Assembly: GCA_049841275.1 (NCBI GenBank)
Contig: JASGDN010000059.1
Coordinates: 10,806-74,805, forward strand
Direction of reading: 5' to 3'
DNA: 64,000 bases
Source: Thermomicrobiales bacterium
Lineage (GTDB): Bacteria; Chloroflexota; Chloroflexia; Thermomicrobiales; UBA6265
Shown in pieces: positions 20,844-30,299 of this stretch (the stretch's first letter is position 1; the number at the start of each line of letters is the position of its first letter). Below the pieces are notes generated by a model. The model searched no databases and was not told the DNA's origin. It saw only the letters and a program-made list of their open reading frames with translations. The position numbers and the translations under genes were made by a program.

Positions 20844-21572
20844 ATGCCCATGACCGACACCGCAACCGCCTTCAACATCGAGCCGACCAATACCGTCACC
20901 GACGCAGGCCAGCTGGCGCTGCCAGGCACGGACGTTCCCTCGATCGCGTTGCCCGAGCTGGCGGCACTGATGGAGGCCTTCCTGCTCGTCACCACGGAGG
21001 CACCGACCGTCGACGATCTGGCAAAGGGCGCCGGGGTCGAACCGGACCAGGTCGTTGCGGCCCTGGAGTTGCTCAATGCCGACGCGTCGCGCGGATGGGT
21101 CGTGCAGCGACACGGCAAACGCGTCCAACTGGTGACGGCGCCCCGCTTCGCCGAGCGGGTACGAACCTTCCTCGGGCTCGACCGGGAGGCGCGTCTCTCT
21201 TCCGCCGCGCTGGAGACGCTGGCCATCGTCGCCTACCAGCAGCCGGTCACGCGGGCCGAGATCGATGCCGTGCGCGGCGTCGACAGCTCCGGCGTGCTCG
21301 CAACGCTGCATGCACGGGAGCTGATCGAGCCGGTGGCGCGCCTGCAGACAGTCGGCAACCCGATCCAGTACGGCACGACAACGGCCTTCCTCCAGCACTT
21401 CGGGCTGCGTTCGCTCGCCGACCTGCCGCCGCTCGGCCAGATCGACGGCAAGGACGCGCGCGCCGCGCTCGACGCCACAGCGGCAGCCGGCCGGCCCACG
21501 CCGGAAGATGCCCTCACCGGGGCAGGCGTGCAAACCTCGCAGGAGGCACACACAGTGGAGACCTCCTCATGA
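20844..21572 (+). CDS. scpB: segregation and condensation protein B
   Basis: ORF 20844..21572 (242 aa). It has SSAALETLAIVAYQQPVTRAEIDAVRGVDSSGVL...GNPIQYGTT. Confidence 0.9.
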   Translation: MPMTDTATAFNIEPTNTVTDAGQLALPGTDVPSIALPELAALMEAFLLVTTEAPTVDDLAKGAGVEPDQVVAALELLNADASRGWVVQRHGKRVQLVTAPRFAERVRTFLGLDREARLSSAALETLAIVAYQQPVTRAEIDAVRGVDSSGVLATLHARELIEPVARLQTVGNPIQYGTTTAFLQHFGLRSLADLPPLGQIDGKDARAALDATAAAGRPTPEDALTGAGVQTSQEAHTVETSS

Positions 21573-22564
21573 TGACCGACATCGTGCTGCACGACGGGGT
21601 GATCCTGCCTGCCGCGACAATCGGCGAGATGCTGGGTCACGCCGACACGCCCAACACCGCCGAGTGGTTCTCGACGCTACCCGCGATGGTCGATGCCTGG
21701 TGCGATCGTTGGAAGATCACGCTGCATCCTGAGATTCCACACCTGACCTACAACGTGGTGCTGTTTGGCAGTAGTGCAATGGAGGGCGAAGTCGTGCTCA
21801 AGCTCGCGCCTCCCGGCATGGAGTTCTCGTCGGAGGTCGCCGGACTTGCCGCGTTCCAGGGACCCGACGTCGTGCGGCTGATCCACGCGGATACAACGTC
21901 AGCCGGGATGCTGATCGAGCGGGTCGTGCCCGGCACGCCGCTCCGTGCTTTCGACGACCGGATCGACGACGCGAAAGCGACCACGATCGGTGCCACGATG
22001 CTGAAACGCCTCTGGCGTCCCATGCCACCGGAACCCGGCGATCTGATCCCGCTCTCCCGCTGGTTCCGCGACCTCTATCGGTTGCACGACCAAATGCAGG
22101 CAGGCCGCACGGACTCGGCCCTTTCGCCAGAGTCGATCGCGTTCGCCGCGTCGCTCGCCGAACGGTTGGCCGCATCTGACGAATCGACAGTCCTCCACGG
22201 CGACCTCCATCACGGAAACATCCTGGAAAATGCTGCAGGCGGCTGGACGGTGATCGACCCGAAAGGGTTGATCGGCGACCGCGCCTACGACGTAGGGACG
22301 TGGCTGCTCAACGGCTGGCCAGCGTCCGAGCCCGGCGATCACGAATCGATCTTGCGGCGGCGTGTGGACATCTTCGCGCGAGAACTCGGCCTGCCGCGCG
22401 AGCGGGTCCTGACGGGCGCCATCGTCCACTTCGCCCTGGTGGTCGCCTGGGCATGCATCGACACCACACCCGAGGAACGCGCGAACGATCCGTGGCTGGC
22501 TGGCACCCTGCGCGCCTATGCGATCGCCGAACGGCTCGCCGCCGAAGCGGGAATGCTCGCCTGA
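21569..22564 (+). CDS. aminoglycoside/streptomycin-6-kinase-like phosphotransferase (APH family)
   Basis: This is the distal part of ORF 21095..22564. ATG 21569 overlaps the scpB stop (ATGA). The catalytic block is LHGDLHHGNIL...VIDPKGLIGDRAYD. Confidence 0.8.
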   Translation: MMTDIVLHDGVILPAATIGEMLGHADTPNTAEWFSTLPAMVDAWCDRWKITLHPEIPHLTYNVVLFGSSAMEGEVVLKLAPPGMEFSSEVAGLAAFQGPDVVRLIHADTTSAGMLIERVVPGTPLRAFDDRIDDAKATTIGATMLKRLWRPMPPEPGDLIPLSRWFRDLYRLHDQMQAGRTDSALSPESIAFAASLAERLAASDESTVLHGDLHHGNILENAAGGWTVIDPKGLIGDRAYDVGTWLLNGWPASEPGDHESILRRRVDIFARELGLPRERVLTGAIVHFALVVAWACIDTTPEERANDPWLAGTLRAYAIAERLAAEAGMLA

Positions 22565-22570
22565 CGCAGC

Positions 22571-23755
22571 TCAGACGGCGCTGAGACTCCGAATCCGCGC
22601 CACGACGCCCGCCAGCACTTCGATCGCATCATCGATCTCGTCGCGGGAGTTGCCGCGCCCAACCGTGAGGCGAAGGCTTGCCCGTGCCGTTTCCTCCGTC
22701 AGGCCCATCGCCAGCAGCACATGACTCGGTTCGGAGTTGCCCGTCGTGCAGGCCGACCCGGCCGATCCTTCCACGCCATCCATGTCAAGCGCGAGAAGTG
22801 CCGTTTCTCCCTGCACGCCGCGAATCGAGACGTTCAGGTTGTTCGTCAGGCGCTGGCCATCGAGATCCGGTCCGTTCAGCGAGACGTCCGGGACCTGCTC
22901 CTGAATGCCTGCCCAGAGCGCATCACGCAACCCCCGCGTATGTGCGGTATATGCCTCGCGCGATGCGTCGGCGCGTTGCAGCGCCTCCGCCATTCCGACG
23001 ATCAGCGGAACGTTCTCCGTACCGCCGCGCCGCCCGGACTCCTGGCCCCCGCCATCCTGCTGGAAGCGGATTGGCATGCCCTTTCGCACGTAGAGGATGC
23101 CCACGCCCTTCGGGCCGTAGAACTTGTGCGCCGAGAGCGCCAACAGGTCGACACCCAGTGCCTGCACGTCGAGCGGATGCGACCCGGCCGCCTGCACCGC
23201 ATCGGTGTGGAAGGGAATGCCACGCTCGCGAGCAATCGCGCCGATCTCGGCGATCGGCTGGATCGAGCCGACCTCGTTGTTCGCATACATCACCGAGATC
23301 AGGCACGTCTCCGGCCGGATCGCGGCAGCGATAGCCTCGGACCGCACGACGCCACGCGCATCGCACGGGATGCGCGTAACCGCGAATCCCTGTTCCTCCA
23401 ACGCGTCGGCCGCATGAAGGACGGCATGATGCTCGATTGCGGTCGTAACGATATGCGGCATAGGGCCAGCCGGGTGCGCCAGGCGCGCAGCCCAGGCAAC
23501 GCCCTTCAGCGCAAGGTTGTCGCTCTCCGTCGCTCCGCTCGTGAAAACGACCTCCGACGGGCGGCAGTTGAGCACCCGCGCGACCGTCTGGCGAGCGCGA
23601 TCGAGCGCGGCGCGGGCATCCTGGCCGACACGGTAGATGCTGGACGGATTGCCGAAGACGGTCGAGAAATACGGCAGCATGGCCTGAACGACGGCAGGAT
23701 CAACCGGCGTCGTTGCGGCGTGGTCGAGATAGATGAGATCACTTCCGTAGGTCAT
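22571..23755 (-). CDS. cysteine desulfurase (NifS/IscS class V aminotransferase)
   Basis: ORF 22571..23755 (394 aa). It has IYLDHAATTP, the PLP-lysine block LSAHKFYGPKG and the active-site loop GSACTTG. Confidence 0.9.
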   Translation of the reverse strand: MTYGSDLIYLDHAATTPVDPAVVQAMLPYFSTVFGNPSSIYRVGQDARAALDRARQTVARVLNCRPSEVVFTSGATESDNLALKGVAWAARLAHPAGPMPHIVTTAIEHHAVLHAADALEEQGFAVTRIPCDARGVVRSEAIAAAIRPETCLISVMYANNEVGSIQPIAEIGAIARERGIPFHTDAVQAAGSHPLDVQALGVDLLALSAHKFYGPKGVGILYVRKGMPIRFQQDGGGQESGRRGGTENVPLIVGMAEALQRADASREAYTAHTRGLRDALWAGIQEQVPDVSLNGPDLDGQRLTNNLNVSIRGVQGETALLALDMDGVEGSAGSACTTGNSEPSHVLLAMGLTEETARASLRLTVGRGNSRDEIDDAIEVLAGVVARIRSLSAV

Positions 23756-23789
23756 CGGAGAGTTCCCGTTCTGGACGGCGAAAACGACA

Positions 23790-23822
23790 AGGCCACCCGT
23801 CTCCCAATGAGACGGGTGGCCT
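23790..23822 (-). terminator. intrinsic terminator/attenuator between Rrf2 regulator and cysteine desulfurase
   Basis: 14-bp perfect stem aggccacccgtctc / gagacgggtggcct with a 5-nt loop. On the minus strand it is followed by TTGTCGTTTTC. Confidence 0.6.
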
Positions 23823-23833
23823 GCATCGGCGCG

Positions 23834-24298
23834 TCAGGAGACGGCGGTCGGCATCACGGCATCGCTCACTGGCGACGCAGCAACGCCCTTACGGGCGATC
23901 AGGTCGGCCAGCGTCGTGGAGTCGAGCGCCTCGGCGATCGAGTCGCGAACCTTCAGCCAGATCGGGCGCGTTTCGCAGCCATCGATCAGCGGACAGGTCT
24001 GCTCGGTCAGGTCCTCGGAAACGCACTCCATCGGCGCAACCGGGCCTTCCATCACGCGATACACGTCGCCAATACGAATCTCCCCCGGCGTGCGGGAAAG
24101 CGTGTAGCCGCCGTGAGCGCCTCGCTTGCTTTCGACAAGCCCGGCCCGACGCAACGGCGCGATCAGTTGTTCGAGATAGGCGGTAGGAACAGACGATTCC
24201 TTGGCGATCTCAGTGATGGACATCGGCCCATCGCCGTAGTGGTGCGCGAGCGCCACCATGGCCCGCACCCCATATTCACCCCGCGTCGAGACTTTCAT
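23834..24298 (-). CDS. Rrf2-family transcriptional regulator (IscR/CymR-like)
   Basis: ORF 23834..24373. The family N-terminus MKVSTRGEYGVRAMVALA begins at ATG 24298, followed by SKRGAHGGYTL. Confidence 0.9.
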   Translation of the reverse strand: MKVSTRGEYGVRAMVALAHHYGDGPMSITEIAKESSVPTAYLEQLIAPLRRAGLVESKRGAHGGYTLSRTPGEIRIGDVYRVMEGPVAPMECVSEDLTEQTCPLIDGCETRPIWLKVRDSIAEALDSTTLADLIARKGVAASPVSDAVMPTAVS

Positions 24299-24391
24299 GT
24301 TGTGGACCTCCGGTGGGGGCGAGCTGACGAAACTATTCCCTGAAACGATACTCGGAATTGGCGATCTCGTCAATGGTTGTGAGAATGATTC

Positions 24392-25789
24392 CTATTTCCC
24401 AGCCCGCGGGCGGAAGGTATCGGCGATCGCCTGCTTCCAGTCATCGGGCAGGCCGATCCACTGCGGCACGATGCCTGGCGCGATCTGCCGGTAGAGATGC
24501 ACGAAGCGATCGGCGGTGAAGATACCCCGATAGAGGCCGTCCTCCGTCACCGGCACCGCCCAGCGATTGCTCTCATTCATCTGCCGCTGTACGTCGTAGA
24601 TGGAATCGTCGGTATCGGCGACGTAGATCGCCGAGTCCATCAGGTCCCCCACCAGCGTGTCGCCATGCCCACCGCGCAACGCCTCCAGCAGGTCCGCCCG
24701 CCAGAGCATGCCAAGCACATAGCCGTTCTCCGTCACCACGATGTCGCGTGGCCCTCCCCGCAACGCGAACGTCAGCGGGCGCTCGGGCGAGATACCACCC
24801 ATGTCCCACAAGGCATACGAACCGACACGCAACCGTCGCATCGCACTTTCCACCCGCACCATGCGACCTTCCACCTGCGCGGCGACCAAAACGAAGACCC
24901 CCATCACACCAATGGGAACAGACCTCGTCACGACGCCGACGGCCATCATCGCCAATGCCAGGAACGTCCCCAACCGCACCGCGATCCGGGTCGCCCGTTC
25001 CCGGCCCATCGAGGGGCTCAGCGCTGCCCGCAAGACATGGCCGCCATCCAGAGGAAAAGCCGGGAAGAGGTTAAACGCGAAGATGAAAAGATTCGTGAGG
25101 GCGAGATACGCCAGAAACGACGCCGGTGTCATCTCGCCGTAGAGCACACCTCCCGGCACCAGTACGTCCATTCCGAGCGTCGCGCCAAGCAGGAACAGCG
25201 CCGGCATCAGGGCAACGAAGAGCGCCAGGTTCATGAAGGGACCGGCGAGAGAAATCATCAGTTCGGCACGCGGCGTTTCCGGCGCTTGCTCGATCCGCGC
25301 CACGCCGTTGAACGGCCAGAGCGTGATGTCCAGCACGCGGATGCCATACTGCTGCGCCATGGCGCAATGCCCAAGCTCGTGGAGCAGGACCGAGAGCACG
25401 ATCAAGACGACGAAGAGGCACCCGAGCGCGAACGGGACGATTCCGCCGTGCGGCCCGAATCCCCACTGATAGACGACCCAGAGAAAAACGAGCGCAAAGG
25501 TAGGATGGACGTTGACATCAACGCCATAGAGCCGCCCGATATGGTATGCGCGAAAGATGCCCAGCCGACTTCTCGCTTGCCCGCGAGGGCGAGGAAACGA
25601 TATCCAGAACGCCACGGCCCCCAGAACGACGGCCATCCACCCCCATGGTACCAAGACTGCGAAGGAAAGAAGGAGACTCCCCGGGACTGACGAGCATCTC
25701 TGGCAGATTGTTCTGTCCAGAAATACATAGCAAGGTCCTTGCCACACATTCACGCCCTTGCCTATACTGGGTTCATGCGAACTTGCCAT
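24392..25789 (-). CDS. M50 (site-2 protease) family metallopeptidase with C-terminal CBS pair
   Basis: ORF 24392..25789 (465 aa). It has HExxH (LLHELGHCAMA), FNLFPAFPLDGGHVL and a CBS-like C-terminal half. The true start is possibly internal (about 25636). Confidence 0.8.
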   Translation of the reverse strand: MASSHEPSIGKGVNVWQGPCYVFLDRTICQRCSSVPGSLLLSFAVLVPWGWMAVVLGAVAFWISFPRPRGQARSRLGIFRAYHIGRLYGVDVNVHPTFALVFLWVVYQWGFGPHGGIVPFALGCLFVVLIVLSVLLHELGHCAMAQQYGIRVLDITLWPFNGVARIEQAPETPRAELMISLAGPFMNLALFVALMPALFLLGATLGMDVLVPGGVLYGEMTPASFLAYLALTNLFIFAFNLFPAFPLDGGHVLRAALSPSMGRERATRIAVRLGTFLALAMMAVGVVTRSVPIGVMGVFVLVAAQVEGRMVRVESAMRRLRVGSYALWDMGGISPERPLTFALRGGPRDIVVTENGYVLGMLWRADLLEALRGGHGDTLVGDLMDSAIYVADTDDSIYDVQRQMNESNRWAVPVTEDGLYRGIFTADRFVHLYRQIAPGIVPQWIGLPDDWKQAIADTFRPRAGK

Positions 25790-25875
25790 GCATGGACCTT
25801 CACGATCACAAATCTCATCCTGCGGCCCGCTGACACGAGGCTTCGTTCCAGTTCCGCGCCCCGAAGGAGCACCCG

Positions 25876-27354
25876 ATGAGCTGGATGGAAGCAGGGTACG
25901 AGTATGGCCAGGAGATGCGGGCGTGGGTTTCGCCCAGCCTGATCGAGGCGAACTACATCCTCAGCCTCTCCCAGCAGGAACTCCAGCAGGTCATCGAACA
26001 GGAGATGGCCGGCAATCCCGCCCTTGAGGTAGAGGACCGCGCGACCTGCCCGACCTGCGGCAACGTCCTCGACGGCACCTGGTGCCCAACCTGCATGCAG
26101 GATGTCCGCGTGCGCACCGAGGAGTCTGCCTACGATTCGTGGGAGGACTTCCCGGAACAGGCGATCACCGCGATCGCCGGCGGTCAGGACGAATCGGACT
26201 TCGACCCGATGACGCTGGTCGCATCGAGCGAGTCCATCCTCGATCAGATCCTTGTCGACGTGCGGACCGTGCTGGACGAACGCGGATCTGCGATCGCCGA
26301 GTACCTGCTCGAATCGCTCGATGAGCGCGGATTCCTCACCAATCCCCTCGACGCGATCGCCGAGCTCACCGGTCTCGATGAAGAGGATCTGCAAGAAGCA
26401 CTGGACGTGATCCGCGATGTCGCCCCCGTCGGCGTTGGCGCGCACGACCTTCGCGAATGCCTGCTGCTCCAGACGGCCTACCTCATCGAGACGGGACACG
26501 ATGTGCCGGCGGCCACCATCCCGATCGTCGACCGCGCACTGACCGAGTTCGGGGCGCACAAGTACGGTCAGATCGCTCGCGACCTCGGCATCTCGATGGA
26601 GGAAATCGAAACGGCGCGCGACTTCATCCGCGAGTACCTGAACCCGTTTCCGTTACAGTCCGATCAGGGCCGGACGTGGCGAAGCCCTTCCGATTCCACC
26701 TACGTCGCCCCCGATGTCGTCATCTCGTTACGAGACGACGACCTTGTGGTGGAGGTGGTCGACAGCAAGTATTTCCACCTCCGCACCAACGCCCTCTACG
26801 ACCAGCTGGCAGGGCAGTTCGCACGGCGAAAGTCGCTCCCGCAACGCGTGGCCGAGGTTCCGGACGACATCCGGACGGCTGCCAGCACCGTGTCGGGCGA
26901 GGACAAGGATCACGTCCGCCTCTACACGAACCGGGCAAGGATGTTCATCTCCAACATCCAGCAGCGCCGCGATACCCTGCTTCGGATCAGCCAGTGCATC
27001 TGCGAATTGCAGGAGAGCTTCCTGCGGGGTGGCGTGCGCGAACTACGGCCGCTCACTCGCGCGGTGGTAGCGCAGCAGGTCGGCGTCCACGAATCCACGG
27101 TCAGCCGCGCCACGGCCAGCAAGTACGTGATGCTGCCGAACCGGAAGGTCATTCCCTTCTCGGATTTCTTCACGCCATCGCTGAGCACGAAGGACATCAT
27201 CAAGGAACTGATCGTCGAGGAGTCGCGCAAGGGCACGTCGCTGACCGATCGCAAGATCTGCGATCTCCTGCTCCAGCGAGGCGTGCGGATCGCCCGGCGC
27301 ACCGTGGCGAAGTACCGGGCCGAGCTGGGCATCCTGCCGTCCACGATGCGCTGA
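25876..27354 (+). CDS. rpoN: RNA polymerase sigma-54 factor
   Basis: ORF 25876..27354 (492 aa). It has the C-terminal HTH VGVHESTVSRA and the RpoN box ARRTVAKYR. The core-binding region is recognisable. RBS gaaggag lies upstream. Confidence 0.85.
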   Translation: MSWMEAGYEYGQEMRAWVSPSLIEANYILSLSQQELQQVIEQEMAGNPALEVEDRATCPTCGNVLDGTWCPTCMQDVRVRTEESAYDSWEDFPEQAITAIAGGQDESDFDPMTLVASSESILDQILVDVRTVLDERGSAIAEYLLESLDERGFLTNPLDAIAELTGLDEEDLQEALDVIRDVAPVGVGAHDLRECLLLQTAYLIETGHDVPAATIPIVDRALTEFGAHKYGQIARDLGISMEEIETARDFIREYLNPFPLQSDQGRTWRSPSDSTYVAPDVVISLRDDDLVVEVVDSKYFHLRTNALYDQLAGQFARRKSLPQRVAEVPDDIRTAASTVSGEDKDHVRLYTNRARMFISNIQQRRDTLLRISQCICELQESFLRGGVRELRPLTRAVVAQQVGVHESTVSRATASKYVMLPNRKVIPFSDFFTPSLSTKDIIKELIVEESRKGTSLTDRKICDLLLQRGVRIARRTVAKYRAELGILPSTMR

Positions 27355-27360
27355 ACGACC

Positions 27361-27397
27361 CGAGACGGCGGCGGGGTGATGTCCTGCCGCCGTCTCG
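27361..27397. terminator. hairpin between convergent rpoN and livF
   Basis: 12-bp stem cgagacggcggc / gccgccgtctcg with a 13-nt loop. Confidence 0.5.
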
Positions 27398-27414
27398 TCA
27401 TATCCCTTGCAGGG

Positions 27415-28143
27415 TCATTCCTCGCCGAGGTACGCCTTCCGCACGAGGTCGTTCTGCATCAACGCAGACCCTGTATCCGAAAGCACGATCTGCCCGGTCT
27501 GGATCACGTACCCACGGTCGGCGATGGCCAGGGCCATCAGCGCGTTCTGCTCGACCAGCAGCACGGGCGTGCCTTGCTGGTTCACCTGCTTCACGATCTC
27601 GAAGATCTGCTCCACCAGGATGGGTGCGAGTCCCATCGATGGCTCGTCCAGCAGCAACAAGCGTGGCTTCGACATCAGCGCCCGCCCGATGGCGAGCATC
27701 TGCTGCTCACCGCCGGAGAGGGTTCCTGCCTTCTGGTTGATTCGCTCCTGCAGCCGCGGGAACAGGTCGTAGACCCGCGCCAGGTCGGAAGGATCGACTC
27801 TCCCGTGCAGGAAGGCTCCCATTTCGAGGTTCTCGAGCACCGTCATCCGGGGAAAGACGCGGCGGCCCTCCGGGGACTGGGCGATGCCGGTCGCGGCCAC
27901 CTTGTGCGCGGGCAGACCGCTGATTCGGTATCCCTCCAGCAGGACATCGCCAACGCGGGGAGCGAGCAATCCGGAGATCGTCCGCAGCGTGGTGCTCTTG
28001 CCGGCGCCGTTCGCCCCGATCAGGGTAACGATCTCCCCGGCGTTCACTGCCAGCGAGATGCCCTTCAGGGCGTGGATCTGTCCATAGTATGTGTGAACGT
28101 CGCGCAATTCGAGCATCGGGGGCGTCGCCTGGGTCGCACTCAT
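27415..28143 (-). CDS. livF: branched-chain amino acid ABC transporter ATP-binding protein LivF
   Basis: ORF 27415..28143 (242 aa). It has GANGAGKST and LSGGEQQMLAIGRAL. Confidence 0.9.
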   Translation of the reverse strand: MSATQATPPMLELRDVHTYYGQIHALKGISLAVNAGEIVTLIGANGAGKSTTLRTISGLLAPRVGDVLLEGYRISGLPAHKVAATGIAQSPEGRRVFPRMTVLENLEMGAFLHGRVDPSDLARVYDLFPRLQERINQKAGTLSGGEQQMLAIGRALMSKPRLLLLDEPSMGLAPILVEQIFEIVKQVNQQGTPVLLVEQNALMALAIADRGYVIQTGQIVLSDTGSALMQNDLVRKAYLGEE

Positions 28144-29039
28144 GCGCTCGCCTCCTGGGTGACGGACGGGCCGTCTCCAGCCATCTCATGCAGGATCTCT
28201 GAAGCGCCCTTGCCGAGATAGGCCTCGACCACCTTCGGGTCACGCTGGACGTCGGCAGGCAGCCCCTCCGCAATCCTGGTTCCGTGATCGAGAACGGTCA
28301 CGTAATCGGAAATGCCCATTACCATCTTCATGTCATGCTCGATCAGCAGAATCGTCAGGTTCAGGTCGTCCCGAATCTGCTCGATGAACTGCTTCAGCCC
28401 ATCGGTCTCCCGTGGGTTCATGCCAGCGGTCGGCTCATCGAGCAGGAGCAGCCGGGGATCGCTCGCCAGCGCACGCGAGATCTCGAGCCGGCGCTGGTCA
28501 CCATAGGAGAGATTGCGCGCCGTGACATCGGCGAACCGCCCAAGGTTCACGTAGTCGAGAATCTCGTACGCCCGGGAGCGCGCCATCAGTTCCTCGCGCA
28601 TCACTCCTCTCCCACGAGCCATCGCCATCAGCGGATTCGTTCGCAGGCGGCTGTGCATGCCGACCATGACGTTCTCCAGCACGGACATGTTGCCAAAGAG
28701 GCGGATGTTCTGGAACGTCCGCGAGATGCCGAGGTCCGTGATCTGGTCCGGCCGGAGCGAGCCGCCGAACATCCCGGCGTTCTCACGATGGAGCGGGCGT
28801 CCCTCGAAGATGATCTCCCCGGCGGTCGGCCGGTAGATCCCCGCGATCAAGTTGAAGAACGTCGTCTTGCCGGCGCCGTTCGGGCCGATCACGCTGGAGA
28901 TGCTTCCCTGCGGAATCGCCATGGACACGGAATCCACGGCAACCAGCCCACCGAACCGCATGGTCACGTTCTTGGCGCTGAGGATCGGCGGGTTGTCGAG
29001 CACCGCCGGCCGTCCGGTTGCGGGTGCTGTGCTGGCCAT
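28140..29039 (-). CDS. livG: branched-chain amino acid ABC transporter ATP-binding protein LivG
   Basis: ORF 28140..29039 (299 aa). It has GPNGAGKTT and LSYGDQRRLEISRAL. A 4-nt overlap links it to livF. Confidence 0.9.
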   Translation of the reverse strand: MASTAPATGRPAVLDNPPILSAKNVTMRFGGLVAVDSVSMAIPQGSISSVIGPNGAGKTTFFNLIAGIYRPTAGEIIFEGRPLHRENAGMFGGSLRPDQITDLGISRTFQNIRLFGNMSVLENVMVGMHSRLRTNPLMAMARGRGVMREELMARSRAYEILDYVNLGRFADVTARNLSYGDQRRLEISRALASDPRLLLLDEPTAGMNPRETDGLKQFIEQIRDDLNLTILLIEHDMKMVMGISDYVTVLDHGTRIAEGLPADVQRDPKVVEAYLGKGASEILHEMAGDGPSVTQEASA

Positions 29040-29041
29040 CC

Positions 29042-30277
29042 CTACTCCCCCCGTCCATCGACGGCGATTGCTCCCGCCCGCGCCTCGACCAATTCCTCAC
29101 GAGCCAGTTCCGGATCGTCCTCGTCGCCGGACATCTCCGCCGCGCGCTGGGCGGACGGAAAGAGACCGCCTGGCCGGATGAGCATCACCAGCACCAAGGC
29201 AAGGCCGAAGATCAGGAAACGGTCGGAGGTCACATCGTGGTTCTGGATGGGATCGCCGACGAACCCGAGTCCGAGGTCGGATATGCGCCGTCCGATCCAG
29301 TGCAGCGGCTCGTTCAACTCCCGCGCCAGAATCCGGTCGAAGAAGCCGATGATCAACGATCCGCCGATCACGCCGTAGACATTGCCGAGGCCGCCCAGGA
29401 TGACCATCGCCAGGATCATCGTGGAGACGGAGAACTGGAACTGGTCGGGATACACCACGCGCACGTAGCCGGAATAGACCGCACCGGCGAAACCGGAGAA
29501 CGATGCGCCAAGGGCGAACGCCCACAGCTTCGTGCTCGTGAGATTGATGCCCATGCTGGAAGCCGCGATCTCGTCTTCCCGGATCGCCTGCCATGCACGG
29601 CCGATGCGGGAATCGTAGAGCCGGGTGATCAGCCAGAGCGAGAAGAGGACCACGAGAATGATCAGCCAGTACCAGTTCCGTTGATGGTTGGCGTCGAAGA
29701 CGATCTCGTGCCCACCAGGAAGCGGGATGCTCGGCGGGCGGGCGATCTGGCCGATGCCCTGGGGACCGCGCGTGATCGTCTGGGCATTCGTGAAGAAGGC
29801 AGGGACGATTTCGCCAAAGCCGAGCGTCACGATCGCGAGGTAGTCACCGCGCAACCGCAGCGTCGGCGCGCCGAGCAGCACGCCAAAGATTGCCGCGACG
29901 ATCCAGGCGATGATCATCGCCGGCCAGAAATGCTGGAGGACCCCAGGAACCACGCCCTTCTGCACGAAGAAGCTGTTCGGCGAGGTGAGGAACGCCGTCG
30001 TATAGGCGCCGATCACGAAGAACGCCACGTACCCGAGGTCCAGCAGGCCAGCGTACCCGACGACGATGTTGAGCCCCATCGCCAGGATCACGAAGACCAT
30101 CATCGGCACGAACGCGCCGAGCTGGTTGAAGCCGAAGAACGAGTCGAGGAACGGATAGATAACCGCGATCGCCGTGCCGATGGCGATCCATTTCAGGCGC
30201 TGGCGCTCACCGTCCTTCCGACGCGCCAGCCATGCTTCGGCCTTGGAAAGTCCACTGGATGTCACTACTGCCGCCAT
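29042..30277 (-). CDS. livM: branched-chain amino acid ABC transporter permease LivM
   Basis: ORF 29042..30277 (411 aa), a polytopic permease with GYAGLLDLGYVAFFVIGAY. Confidence 0.9.
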   Translation of the reverse strand: MAAVVTSSGLSKAEAWLARRKDGERQRLKWIAIGTAIAVIYPFLDSFFGFNQLGAFVPMMVFVILAMGLNIVVGYAGLLDLGYVAFFVIGAYTTAFLTSPNSFFVQKGVVPGVLQHFWPAMIIAWIVAAIFGVLLGAPTLRLRGDYLAIVTLGFGEIVPAFFTNAQTITRGPQGIGQIARPPSIPLPGGHEIVFDANHQRNWYWLIILVVLFSLWLITRLYDSRIGRAWQAIREDEIAASSMGINLTSTKLWAFALGASFSGFAGAVYSGYVRVVYPDQFQFSVSTMILAMVILGGLGNVYGVIGGSLIIGFFDRILARELNEPLHWIGRRISDLGLGFVGDPIQNHDVTSDRFLIFGLALVLVMLIRPGGLFPSAQRAAEMSGDEDDPELAREELVEARAGAIAVDGRGE

Positions 30278-30299
30278 ACAACCACCTCCCCGGCGTGGC

